Shown piece after piece: positions 20,252 to 27,741 of a stretch of DNA of 64,000 nt; position 1 is the first letter of the stretch, and each line of letters begins with the position of its first letter. The position numbers were made by a program, and so were the translations under genes. This stretch comes from Candidatus Methylomirabilota bacterium (GTDB taxonomy: Bacteria > Acidobacteriota > Thermoanaerobaculia > Thermoanaerobaculales > Sulfomarinibacteraceae), in NCBI GenBank assembly GCA_035464095.1, contig DATHSO010000150.1, forward strand, positions 56,593-120,592, read 5' to 3'. Below the pieces are notes generated by a model. The model saw only the letters and a program-made list of their open reading frames with translations, did no database searches and was not told the origin of the DNA.

Positions 20252-20450
20252 TGCAGTGGCAGTTCCAGCGGCCGTGAACGATCGCCCGCGCCGGAGCGGG
20301 CGTCTCACCTCGATCCCGATCCCGGTCCCGATCCCGGTCCCGAACGGCCCGGGTCCGGGTTCGAGTCCGGTTGCTGCCGCTACCCCTGCCGATGCCACTG
20401 AATCTGATACTGCCACTGAGTCTGCCACTGTCACTGCCGCTGTCTCCTGC
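20252..20450. repeat. left repeat complex of the four-helix-bundle cassette (element E2)
   Basis: GCAGTGGCAGT fragment 20252..20262; 19-mer GTGAACGATCGCCCGCGCC 20274..20292; (GATCCC/GGTCCC)x5 20312..20342; degenerate CTGCCR units 20373..20450. Confidence 0.85.
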
Positions 20451-20586
20451 TACGGCCCCGCCGGCATGATCACCTCCGGGCCGTTCCTGGCGGCGGTGGT
20501 AGTCGCCGGGACGTTCCGCGTCATGGGCGCCCGACCACCCGACCTCCCTTGACCCGGAACGCCCCGGCGACTCGGGGGAGAGGGCC

Positions 20587-20955
20587 ATGAACGACCCGGA
20601 GGTGACCATGCACGACAACCGATCCGGCAACGAGCTCACCGCCCACCGCAAGGCCGTCGAGGCCGCGGGTATCGCCATCAGCCTCGTCCCACGGCTACCC
20701 GCCCATCTCAGGAGCCTCGCCGACCAGGTTGTCCGGTCCGCCTCGTCGGTGGCCGCCAACCTCGCCGAGGGCCAGGGCCGATTCGGGAAGGACCGCGCTT
20801 ACCATTGGCGCATCGCGTACGGCTCCGCTCGAGAGGTCGACACCCATCTCAGGCTCCTGATCGGTGCGGGTGCCGCCGATCGAGCCCTGACCGCGATCAG
20901 CCTCTTCGACGAAGTGCGAGCCATGACCTGGCGGTTGCTCCATCCCCAGCTCTGA
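20587..20955 (+). CDS. four-helix-bundle protein (23S rRNA intervening-sequence protein family; Avd-like)
   Basis: Motifs QVVRSASSVAANLAEGQGR and RIAYGSAREVDTHLRLL match the family signature (R.A.S...NIAEG..R; A.GS..E..T.L). SD GGGGAGAGG lies upstream. Confidence 0.8.
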   Translation: MNDPEVTMHDNRSGNELTAHRKAVEAAGIAISLVPRLPAHLRSLADQVVRSASSVAANLAEGQGRFGKDRAYHWRIAYGSAREVDTHLRLLIGAGAADRALTAISLFDEVRAMTWRLLHPQL

Positions 20956-20978
20956 CGCGGCCTGGTCGGCGTGCCGCA

Positions 20979-21003
20979 TTGTGGGGCCGGCGGCTCGCCG
21001 GCC
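20979..21003 (+). other. conserved 25-nt motif with 8-bp GC stem-loop downstream of the four-helix-bundle ORF
   Basis: TTGTGGGGCCGGCGGCTCGCCGGCC is identical to 45424..45448. Stem GGCCGGCG / CGCCGGCC with a 3-nt loop and no U-tract. Confidence 0.85.
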
Positions 21004-21025
21004 TCGCCCGGGCGTTCCGGACCTT

Positions 21026-21136
21026 AGTGACAGTCACAGTGGCAGTGCCAGTGGCAGTGGCAGTGGCAGTGGCAGTGAACAGTCGCCCGCGCCGCTGCCG
21101 CCGTCCACCTCTCCCACTCCTTCTCGCTCTCCCTCG
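21026..21136. repeat. right repeat complex of the four-helix-bundle cassette (element E2)
   Basis: (AGTGAC/AGTGGC)x~9 at 21026..21077 is the reverse complement of the CTGCCA unit. It is followed by the 19-mer GTGAACAGTCGCCCGCGCC 21075..21093 and a CT-rich run 21103..21136. Confidence 0.9.
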
Positions 21137-21297
21137 CGATGGCGTTCAGCGCGCTGGGAAGGAGGAGCCGCCAGCGACGTGGCCGGGCTCGGGGAGGTGC
21201 TGGAGGTCGAACGTATCGGCTTGTCCTTGCACAGCGATCGGCTCACGGGGTAGACTCCCCCGGTGAGCGTGTTTTGGGAGTGAAACGCAATCTCACC

Positions 21298-22626
21298 ATG
21301 AGGACCTTCTTCGTCGAGACCTGGGGCTGCCAGATGAATCAGCACGACAGCGAGCTGATCGAGGGGCAGCTGCGGCGCCACGGCCTCGAGCCGGCCCCGT
21401 CGGCCAACGGCGCCGATCTGGTCGTCCTCAACACCTGCTCGGTCCGGGACAAGCCGGTCCAGAAGATCATCAGCCGGATCGGCGCCCTCGCGAAGTCCAG
21501 CCCGCGCACCACCATCGGGGTGTGCGGTTGCGTTGCCGAGCAGGAGGGTGGGGCCCTGCTCGACCGGTCGCACTCGGTGGGCTTCGTGCTCGGGCCGGGT
21601 CAGGCCGGCCGGATCGGCGAGGCGGTCCGCGCGCTGACCCAGGGCGAGCGACCTGTCTTCACGGGCTTCGACGCCGAGACCGAGCACAACCACCGGACGA
21701 TCTTCCGCAAGAGCTCGACCCGGGGCATGGTCACGGTGATCGAGGGCTGCAACGAGTTCTGCACCTTCTGCATCGTGCCCTACACCCGGGGCCGGGAGGT
21801 CAGCCGGCCCCTGGACGGCATCCTCGACGAGGTCCGTAGACTCGCCGCCGACGGGGTGCGCGAGGTGGAGCTCCTCGGCCAGACGATCAACGCCTACCGC
21901 TGCCCCCGGACCGGGGCCGACCTGGCCGGCCTGCTGGAGCGGGTGGCGGGGGTCGATGGTCTCCTCAGGGTGCGCTTCATCACCTCGCACCCGCGCCACT
22001 TCGACCAGGGTCTGATCGATGTTATTGCAGCGAAAGCCACTGTTTTCAGTTATTTACATCTTCCAATCCAGTCCGGTTCGGACCCGGTCCTGAAACGGAT
22101 GCACCGCCGGTACACCCGCGGGGAGTACCTCGACCTGGTGGCCCGGATCCGAGCCGCCTCCCCGGAGATCAACCTGTCGACGGACATCATCGTCGGCTTT
22201 CCGGGGGAGAGCGAGGCCGACTTCGAAGCCACCCTGGCGGTGCTCGACGAGGTCCGATTCGGCCAGGTCTTCGCCTTCGGGTTCTCGCCGAGACCGCGAA
22301 CCCCGGCTGCCCGCTACCGCCCCCGGGTGCCCGACGAGGTCGTCAGCGAGAGGCTCCAACGCCTGTTCGCCATGACCGACCGGATCTCCCTGGAGCTCAA
22401 CCAGGAGCTCGTGGGCCGTCGGGTGCAGGTCCTCATCGATGGGCCGAGCCGGCGCGACCCGTCGCACTGGCAGGGCAGGGGAGAGGACAACCGGGTGGTC
22501 AACTTCCCGGCCCTCGGCCGCGAGGGCGTGGGCGACCTGGTCGAGGTGGAGATCCTTCGGGCGGGTCCCCACGCCCTCGCGGGGGAGATCGTCGCCGGCG
22601 CCGTGCGGCTTCCGGTCCTTCCTTGA
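21298..22626 (+). CDS. miaB: tRNA-i6A37 methylthiotransferase
   Basis: N-terminus FVETWGCQMNQHDSE and radical SAM motif CNEFCTFCIVPYTRG, with a TRAM-like C-terminus. Confidence 0.9.
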   Translation: MRTFFVETWGCQMNQHDSELIEGQLRRHGLEPAPSANGADLVVLNTCSVRDKPVQKIISRIGALAKSSPRTTIGVCGCVAEQEGGALLDRSHSVGFVLGPGQAGRIGEAVRALTQGERPVFTGFDAETEHNHRTIFRKSSTRGMVTVIEGCNEFCTFCIVPYTRGREVSRPLDGILDEVRRLAADGVREVELLGQTINAYRCPRTGADLAGLLERVAGVDGLLRVRFITSHPRHFDQGLIDVIAAKATVFSYLHLPIQSGSDPVLKRMHRRYTRGEYLDLVARIRAASPEINLSTDIIVGFPGESEADFEATLAVLDEVRFGQVFAFGFSPRPRTPAARYRPRVPDEVVSERLQRLFAMTDRISLELNQELVGRRVQVLIDGPSRRDPSHWQGRGEDNRVVNFPALGREGVGDLVEVEILRAGPHALAGEIVAGAVRLPVLP

Positions 22627-22657
22627 CATCCGCCCCCGGTTCGGGGGACAGTGGGGT

Positions 22658-23158
22658 ATGACCGACACGAGCCCGTCGCCCCCGGTGAAGATGACGGTCC
22701 GAGCCCTGGTGGTCGACCCCTCCACCAACTCGCCGGTCGTCATCCTGGCGCGGCCCGAGAAGAACGCCTACCTGCCGATCTGGATCGGGGTCTGCGAGGC
22801 CAACGCCATCGCCGTCACCCTCGAGGGCGTCACAACCCCCAGGCCCATGACCCACGACCTGATGGTGTCCCTGATCTCGAGCCTCGGCTTCACCCTCGAC
22901 CACATCCTCATCCACAGCCTCGCCGAGAGCGTCTTCCACGCCTCCCTCCACCTGGTCGGGAGCGACGGCACGAGCACCCGCGAGGTCGACGCCCGCCCGT
23001 CGGATGCCATCGCCATCGCCCTGCGCGCCAAGGCCGACGTGCTCGTCGACCCGTCGGTGCTCGAGCAGGCCGTGGTCACCGAGGCGACCCAGGAAGAGGC
23101 CGTCAAGGCGGTGCTGGAACGGCTCCGCCCCGAGGACCTGGGCGATTACGAGATGTGA
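22658..23158 (+). CDS. bifunctional nuclease (BFN/DUF151) domain protein
   Basis: Motifs PVVILARPEKNAYLPIWIGVCEANAIA, PRPMTHDLM and DARPSDAIAIALR. Confidence 0.75.
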   Translation: MTDTSPSPPVKMTVRALVVDPSTNSPVVILARPEKNAYLPIWIGVCEANAIAVTLEGVTTPRPMTHDLMVSLISSLGFTLDHILIHSLAESVFHASLHLVGSDGTSTREVDARPSDAIAIALRAKADVLVDPSVLEQAVVTEATQEEAVKAVLERLRPEDLGDYEM

Positions 23159-23187
23159 CCGGGGCCCCGGAAGGCCGTCGCCCTCGA

Positions 23188-23217
23188 TTGACACCCTCCG
23201 CGACGCGCCCCTATCAT
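23188..23217 (+). promoter_or_regulatory. sigma-70-like promoter for parAB
   Basis: TTGACA - 18 nt - TATCAT, about 35 nt upstream of ATG 23253, with SD GGGAGG. Confidence 0.5.
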
Positions 23218-23252
23218 GGACGGCGCACGTCGCCGGGAGGCGCCAACCACCG

Positions 23253-24017
23253 ATGATCATCGCCATCACCAACCAGAAGGGCGGGGTGGGGAAGACCACG
23301 ACCGCGGTCAACCTCGCCGCCGGACTCGCCCAGAAGGGCATCTCCACCCTCCTGGTGGACATCGATCCCCAGGCCAACTCGACCATGTCCAACGTCGACC
23401 TCGCAGGGGTCGACGGCAACATGTTCGACGTCCTCACCGGCCGGCTGGCCCTTGCGGACGTGATCGTCCCCGGCCACCAGCCCAACCTCTGGGTGGCGCC
23501 CTCCCGGATCGCCATGGCCAAGCTCGAGGTCTCCATGGTCGGGGAGCTCGACGCGCCCTACCGCCTCAAGGACCGGCTCGACGAGATCGACGGCACCTAC
23601 GAGGCGGTGATCATCGACACCCCGCCGACTCTGGGGCTGACCACGGTCAACGCGCTGGTGGCCGCTTCGGCCGTGATCATCCCCATCCAGTCCTCCTACT
23701 TCGCCCTCGAGGGCACCGACGACCTGCTGGACACCATCGACAAGATCAAGGCCCGACCCAACACGGGCCTGCGCATCCTGGGCGTCCTGGTGACCATGTT
23801 CGACCGCCGCACGCTCCTCGCCCAGCAGGTGGCGGACGAGATCCGGGGCGTCTTCGGAGACCTGGTCTTCGAAACCGTCATCACCAAGTCCGTGCGGCTC
23901 GAGGAGTCGCCGGCCCACCAGTGCAGCATCTTCGAGCACGCACCGAGCTCGAGCGGTGCGTACGAGTACTACCGTCTCTGCGAGGAGGTCCTCGAGCGTG
24001 TCCGACGCCAGCCGTAA
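23253..24017 (+). CDS. parA: chromosome partitioning ATPase ParA/Soj
   Basis: Deviant Walker A NQKGGVGKTTT and IIDTPPTLG. SD GGGAGG lies upstream. Confidence 0.92.
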   Translation: MIIAITNQKGGVGKTTTAVNLAAGLAQKGISTLLVDIDPQANSTMSNVDLAGVDGNMFDVLTGRLALADVIVPGHQPNLWVAPSRIAMAKLEVSMVGELDAPYRLKDRLDEIDGTYEAVIIDTPPTLGLTTVNALVAASAVIIPIQSSYFALEGTDDLLDTIDKIKARPNTGLRILGVLVTMFDRRTLLAQQVADEIRGVFGDLVFETVITKSVRLEESPAHQCSIFEHAPSSSGAYEYYRLCEEVLERVRRQP

Positions 24018-24888
24018 GAACATCGGTCTGCCCAACCGCCGGCGGATGCGCCACGACCGCCACTATGTGGACGAGCTGATCGCGCCCCGCACCGCCGACG
24101 GGATCGGCTTCATGCTGCGGGTCAGCCAGATCGCGTCGAACCGCGACCAGCCGCGCAGCAGCCTCGGCAAGCTCGAGGACCTGGTGGACAGCATCCGCCG
24201 ACACGGCATTCTCGAGCCTCTCCTGGTGCGCCGTCGGGACAGTGACGGCTTCGAGCTCATCTCCGGCGAGCGGCGCTTCCACGCCGCGATGATGGCGGGC
24301 CTCGAGGAGGTCCCCTGCATCGAGCTCGAGCTCGACGACCGGCAGGCCCTGGAGATCGCCCTGATCGAGAACCTCCAGCGCAAGGACCTGACGTCCTTCG
24401 AGGAGGGGGAGGGCTTCCGCACCCTCATCGAAAGCTACGGCTACACCCACGAGGAGGTTGCCAAGGCGGTGGGACGGTCCCGGGTGACGGTCACCGAGTC
24501 CCTGAAGCTCCTGGTGATCCCGGGCGAGGTCAGGTCGGCATGTCGGCATGCCGACATCACGGCCAAGAGCACGCTGCTCGAGATCGCCCGCGCTCCCGAC
24601 GCCGAGGCCATGCTCGAGCTGGTGCGCGAGATCGTCGAGGAGCGCCTGGACCGTGCGGAGCTGCGCCGTCGTCGCCGGGGCGAGGAGGCCGTCGGCGCCG
24701 AGGGTGGCAAGCCCCCCGAGTCGGTGCGACCGTACGTCGTGCGGTTCAAGCCGTCCGCCGAGCGCCCCTTCGGCGTGTCGCTGTCGTTCCGGACCGAGAC
24801 CGAGCCGGAGCCGCGACAGGTCATCGAGGCCCTCCGGACCCTGATCCGAGAGATCGAGGCGAGCCTGGAAGGCGACCAGGCCGACTGA
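23998..24888 (+). CDS. parB: chromosome partitioning protein ParB/Spo0J
   Basis: Motifs GILEPLLVRR, ISGERRFHAA and ALIENLQRKDL, plus the HTH EEVAKAVGRSRVTVTESL. Confidence 0.9.
   Translation: MSDASRKNIGLPNRRRMRHDRHYVDELIAPRTADGIGFMLRVSQIASNRDQPRSSLGKLEDLVDSIRRHGILEPLLVRRRDSDGFELISGERRFHAAMMAGLEEVPCIELELDDRQALEIALIENLQRKDLTSFEEGEGFRTLIESYGYTHEEVAKAVGRSRVTVTESLKLLVIPGEVRSACRHADITAKSTLLEIARAPDAEAMLELVREIVEERLDRAELRRRRRGEEAVGAEGGKPPESVRPYVVRFKPSAERPFGVSLSFRTETEPEPRQVIEALRTLIREIEASLEGDQAD
24540..24557. promoter_or_regulatory. 18-bp perfect palindrome inside parB (parS-like candidate)
   Basis: ATGTCGGCATGCCGACAT. The 20-nt string ATGTCGGCATGCCGACATCA recurs at 27723..27742. Confidence 0.4.
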
Positions 24889-25112
24889 CGACCGAGAAGG
24901 AAACGAAGCCGGGGGAGCGTCGATTGACAGGTTTCTCCGCCCTCGTCGGCTTCAGGTTTACATAATATAACTTATCGGACGCTGCATCCGGGGCAGGGAT
25001 CTGCGGAAAACGGGGCCCTGTGGAAAAGGCTGAGGAAAACTCCCCCGGCCCGGCCGAGGGCGATCGCCGGAGCGGCCGCTCGTGTAGACTGTGCCGCGAT
25101 GAGGCTCGCACC

Positions 25113-27578
25113 ATGAGGACCTTCGGCCGGCTCGACCGCTTCGTCATCCGCGAGGTGATTCCGCCCGCCTTCCTGGGCTTCGTGGTCTACACCTTTCTGC
25201 TCATGATGCGGCCCATCTTCTCCCTGGTCGAGCAGGTCCTGGTGCGCGGCGTGCCGTGGTCGGACGCCTTGGTGGTGCTCGCGAACACCATCCCTCACGT
25301 CATGGTCCTGACGGTTCCCATGAGCTTCCTGTTCGGGGTGCTCATCGGCGTCGGACGCATGAACGCCGACAACGAGATCATCGCGCTCCAGGCGAGCGGG
25401 ATCTCCACCTCACGGCTGCTGCGGCCGATCGCGCTGCTCGGGATCCTGCTCACCGTTGTCAACGCCTGGATGTACCTGAGGGTCATCCCGGAGGCCAACC
25501 GGACCCTGCGCGAGATGCGGGTGGCCCTGTTCGCCAGCGCCAAGAACATCGGTCGCATCGAGCCCGGGGTCTTCTACGAGGAGTTCCCGAACCTGCTGCT
25601 GTACGTGCGCGAGGTCGCCGACCGGGGCGGCCGGTGGCGGGGCGTCATGATCTTCGACACCAGCCATCCCGAGGAGCAGCGGCTGACTCTCGCCCGTCGC
25701 GGTCGGATCGTCACCACCGGCGACGGCAGCGACTCCCATCTCGAGGCTCCGGAGCTCGGCAGAGCGACCGGCCCGTCGGATCGGTGGATTCTCCTGGAGG
25801 ACGTGGTCAACCACCAGTTCAACCGAAACGACCCGGAGTCGTACCGGTACTCCCACAGCTTCCAGCAGGTGGTGCGACCGGACCCCACCCGCAACGGCCA
25901 GGGCGTGTCCCGGTACCGGCTCGACATGCGCGAGCGCGAGACGGCGGAGCTCCTGCGCTACCTGGACAAGGGCGCCTTCGCCGACGAGGAGACCGGGATC
26001 ACGGCAGCCGATTCTCAGGACCGCACCCTGGAACGACGCCTCGCGGTCATCGAGCTCAACCGGCGCCTCGCCATTCCCTTCGCGTGCATCGTCTTCGCCA
26101 TCCTCGCCGTGCCCCTGGGCGTGGGCTCGCGGTCCGGCGGCCGCGGCCGGGGCTTCATCGTGTCGGTGGCGGTGATCCTGGCCTACTACGTCATCAACAA
26201 CAACGGCGAGCTACTGGCCGCGGAGGGCCGGGTTCCGCCGTGGCTCGGCGTATGGATCGCGAACATCGTCCTCACCGCCTTCGGCCTGCTCCTGATCTCG
26301 CGCATGGGGCGTTGGATGGGCGAGCGGCAGCGGCCGGAAGGGCCCCTGGCGCGACTGCTCCGGCGATGGAAGGCGGCTCGCCACGCCCGTGCGTCGAGCC
26401 ACGGGCGGATCGACCCCGACGCCGAGCCGCTGGTGGCGGGGGGCTACCCTGTGAGCCTCCCGCGCGGGCGGGCCGCCTCGCGCTTTCCGACCCTCCTCGA
26501 CCGGTACGTCATCCGAAGCCTGATCGCGCCCCTGGCCCTGGTCCTGGTCAGCACCTCCCTGCTCTACGTGGTCATCGACCTCACGGACAACGTCGACCAC
26601 ATGGCGAAGAACCGGGTGCCCCTCGACGTCATCATCGGCTACTACGTCAACCTGGTGCCGCAGCTGGTCATGGACATCATGCCCCTGGCCCTGATGATCG
26701 CCGTCCTGATCCTGCTGACCGTGCTCGAGCGCCGACAGGAGCTCACCGCCATCAAGGCCGGCGGTATCTCCCTGTACAGGGTCGTCGTGCCGATCCTCCT
26801 CATCGCCTCGGCGATGGCGGTTGCCATGTGGCTGCTGAGCGAGTCGGTGGTCCCGGACGCGAACCGCGAGGCCAAGCGCCTCCTCGACCGCATCAAGGGC
26901 CGGGAGTCGGTGCGCTCCACCATGGCTGGCGGACGGCAGTGGCTACTGTCCCGCGACGACGAGAGCTTCTACTGCTTCCTGCAGTTCGACGAGACCACCA
27001 CGTCCATGGTCCGCTTCACCCAGTTCACGGTCGACGAGGCCATGGAGCTGCGCTTCCACCTCTTCGCCCAGCGCGTCAGCTACGACAACGGCTCGTGGTT
27101 CGCCGAGTCGGGGTGGTTCCGCCGGGTGAACCCCGACGGCAGCGTGGACTTCCAGATGATCTCGGGACGAGCCGAGATCGGCGTTCCAGAGGGGCCGGAG
27201 TACTTCGCCCGCGAGCGGCGGTTGCCGGCCGAGATGACGGTGGGAGAGCTCAGGGCCCACATCGACGAGCTCATCGAGTCCGGGCACCAGCCGGCCCGAC
27301 TGCTGGTGCGCTGGCACCAGAAGTTCGCCTACCCCCTGTCGGCCTTCCTGATGGTCTTCCTCGCCCTGCCCTTCGGGCTCAACCGGGGCGGCCGGCGCGT
27401 CACCACCATGCAGGGCATCGCCCTCGCCTTGGTGCTCGGCATCGCCTACCACGTGTCCGTGGCCTTCTTCGGCAAGCTCGGCGAGGCCGAGGTGCTGCCG
27501 GCGGTCATCGGCGCCTGGGCGCCGGTGATCCTCGCCGCCCTGGTCGCCGTCAACCGGCTGACCACCCTGCGCACCTGA
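25113..27578 (+). CDS. fused LptF/LptG-type LPS export permease (two YjgP/YjgQ modules)
   Basis: Two permease modules each begin with the family N-terminus (LDRFVIREV... and LDRYVIRSL...) within one 821-aa ORF. Confidence 0.75.
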   Translation: MRTFGRLDRFVIREVIPPAFLGFVVYTFLLMMRPIFSLVEQVLVRGVPWSDALVVLANTIPHVMVLTVPMSFLFGVLIGVGRMNADNEIIALQASGISTSRLLRPIALLGILLTVVNAWMYLRVIPEANRTLREMRVALFASAKNIGRIEPGVFYEEFPNLLLYVREVADRGGRWRGVMIFDTSHPEEQRLTLARRGRIVTTGDGSDSHLEAPELGRATGPSDRWILLEDVVNHQFNRNDPESYRYSHSFQQVVRPDPTRNGQGVSRYRLDMRERETAELLRYLDKGAFADEETGITAADSQDRTLERRLAVIELNRRLAIPFACIVFAILAVPLGVGSRSGGRGRGFIVSVAVILAYYVINNNGELLAAEGRVPPWLGVWIANIVLTAFGLLLISRMGRWMGERQRPEGPLARLLRRWKAARHARASSHGRIDPDAEPLVAGGYPVSLPRGRAASRFPTLLDRYVIRSLIAPLALVLVSTSLLYVVIDLTDNVDHMAKNRVPLDVIIGYYVNLVPQLVMDIMPLALMIAVLILLTVLERRQELTAIKAGGISLYRVVVPILLIASAMAVAMWLLSESVVPDANREAKRLLDRIKGRESVRSTMAGGRQWLLSRDDESFYCFLQFDETTTSMVRFTQFTVDEAMELRFHLFAQRVSYDNGSWFAESGWFRRVNPDGSVDFQMISGRAEIGVPEGPEYFARERRLPAEMTVGELRAHIDELIESGHQPARLLVRWHQKFAYPLSAFLMVFLALPFGLNRGGRRVTTMQGIALALVLGIAYHVSVAFFGKLGEAEVLPAVIGAWAPVILAALVAVNRLTTLRT

Positions 27579-27721
27579 TCTCACCGCGACGACGCCAAGG
27601 TCGCCAAGCACCGCAGGATCGTCTGATCAGGGCACTTGGGGTTCGGCGCTTGGGGAATCGAGGCAACAAATCGCTGCGCCGGAAGGTCCGAACTTCAGAT
27701 CGCGGAGATCACGGTGCCGAC

Positions 27722-27741
27722 GATGTCGGCATGCCGACATC
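27722..27741. promoter_or_regulatory. 20-bp perfect palindrome, second copy (parS-like candidate)
   Basis: GATGTCGGCATGCCGACATC, overlapping the stop codon of the minus-strand serine hydrolase gene. No U-tract on either strand. Confidence 0.4.

Noticed and set aside
20587-20955. Diversity-generating retroelement, since the four-helix-bundle protein resembles DGR Avd
   Set aside because: There is no reverse transcriptase ORF and no template/variable repeat pair with adenine-specific differences anywhere in the window. The family resemblance alone is not evidence of a DGR.
24940-24975. AT-rich patch (GGTTTACATAATATAACTTATCGG) downstream of parB as an origin unwinding element or DnaA-box cluster
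   Set aside because: It is only ~25 nt long, with a single weak DnaA-box-like string (TTATCGGAC), no repeated 13-mers, and no dnaA/dnaN nearby in the window.
27591-27655. Possible ninth small foldback (GACGCCAAGGTCGCCAAGCAC ... GCACTTGGGGTTCGGCGCTTGGGG) after the fused lptFG gene
   Set aside because: Only the CCAAG/CTTGG words pair; the rest is mismatched. This is too weak to call, although the vocabulary resembles the 41917 element.
27722-27741. The 20-bp palindrome as a Rho-independent terminator of the serine hydrolase gene
   Set aside because: There is no U/T tract on either strand, and the same sequence occurs inside the parB coding region, where a terminator would be deleterious. I kept it as a parS-like candidate instead.
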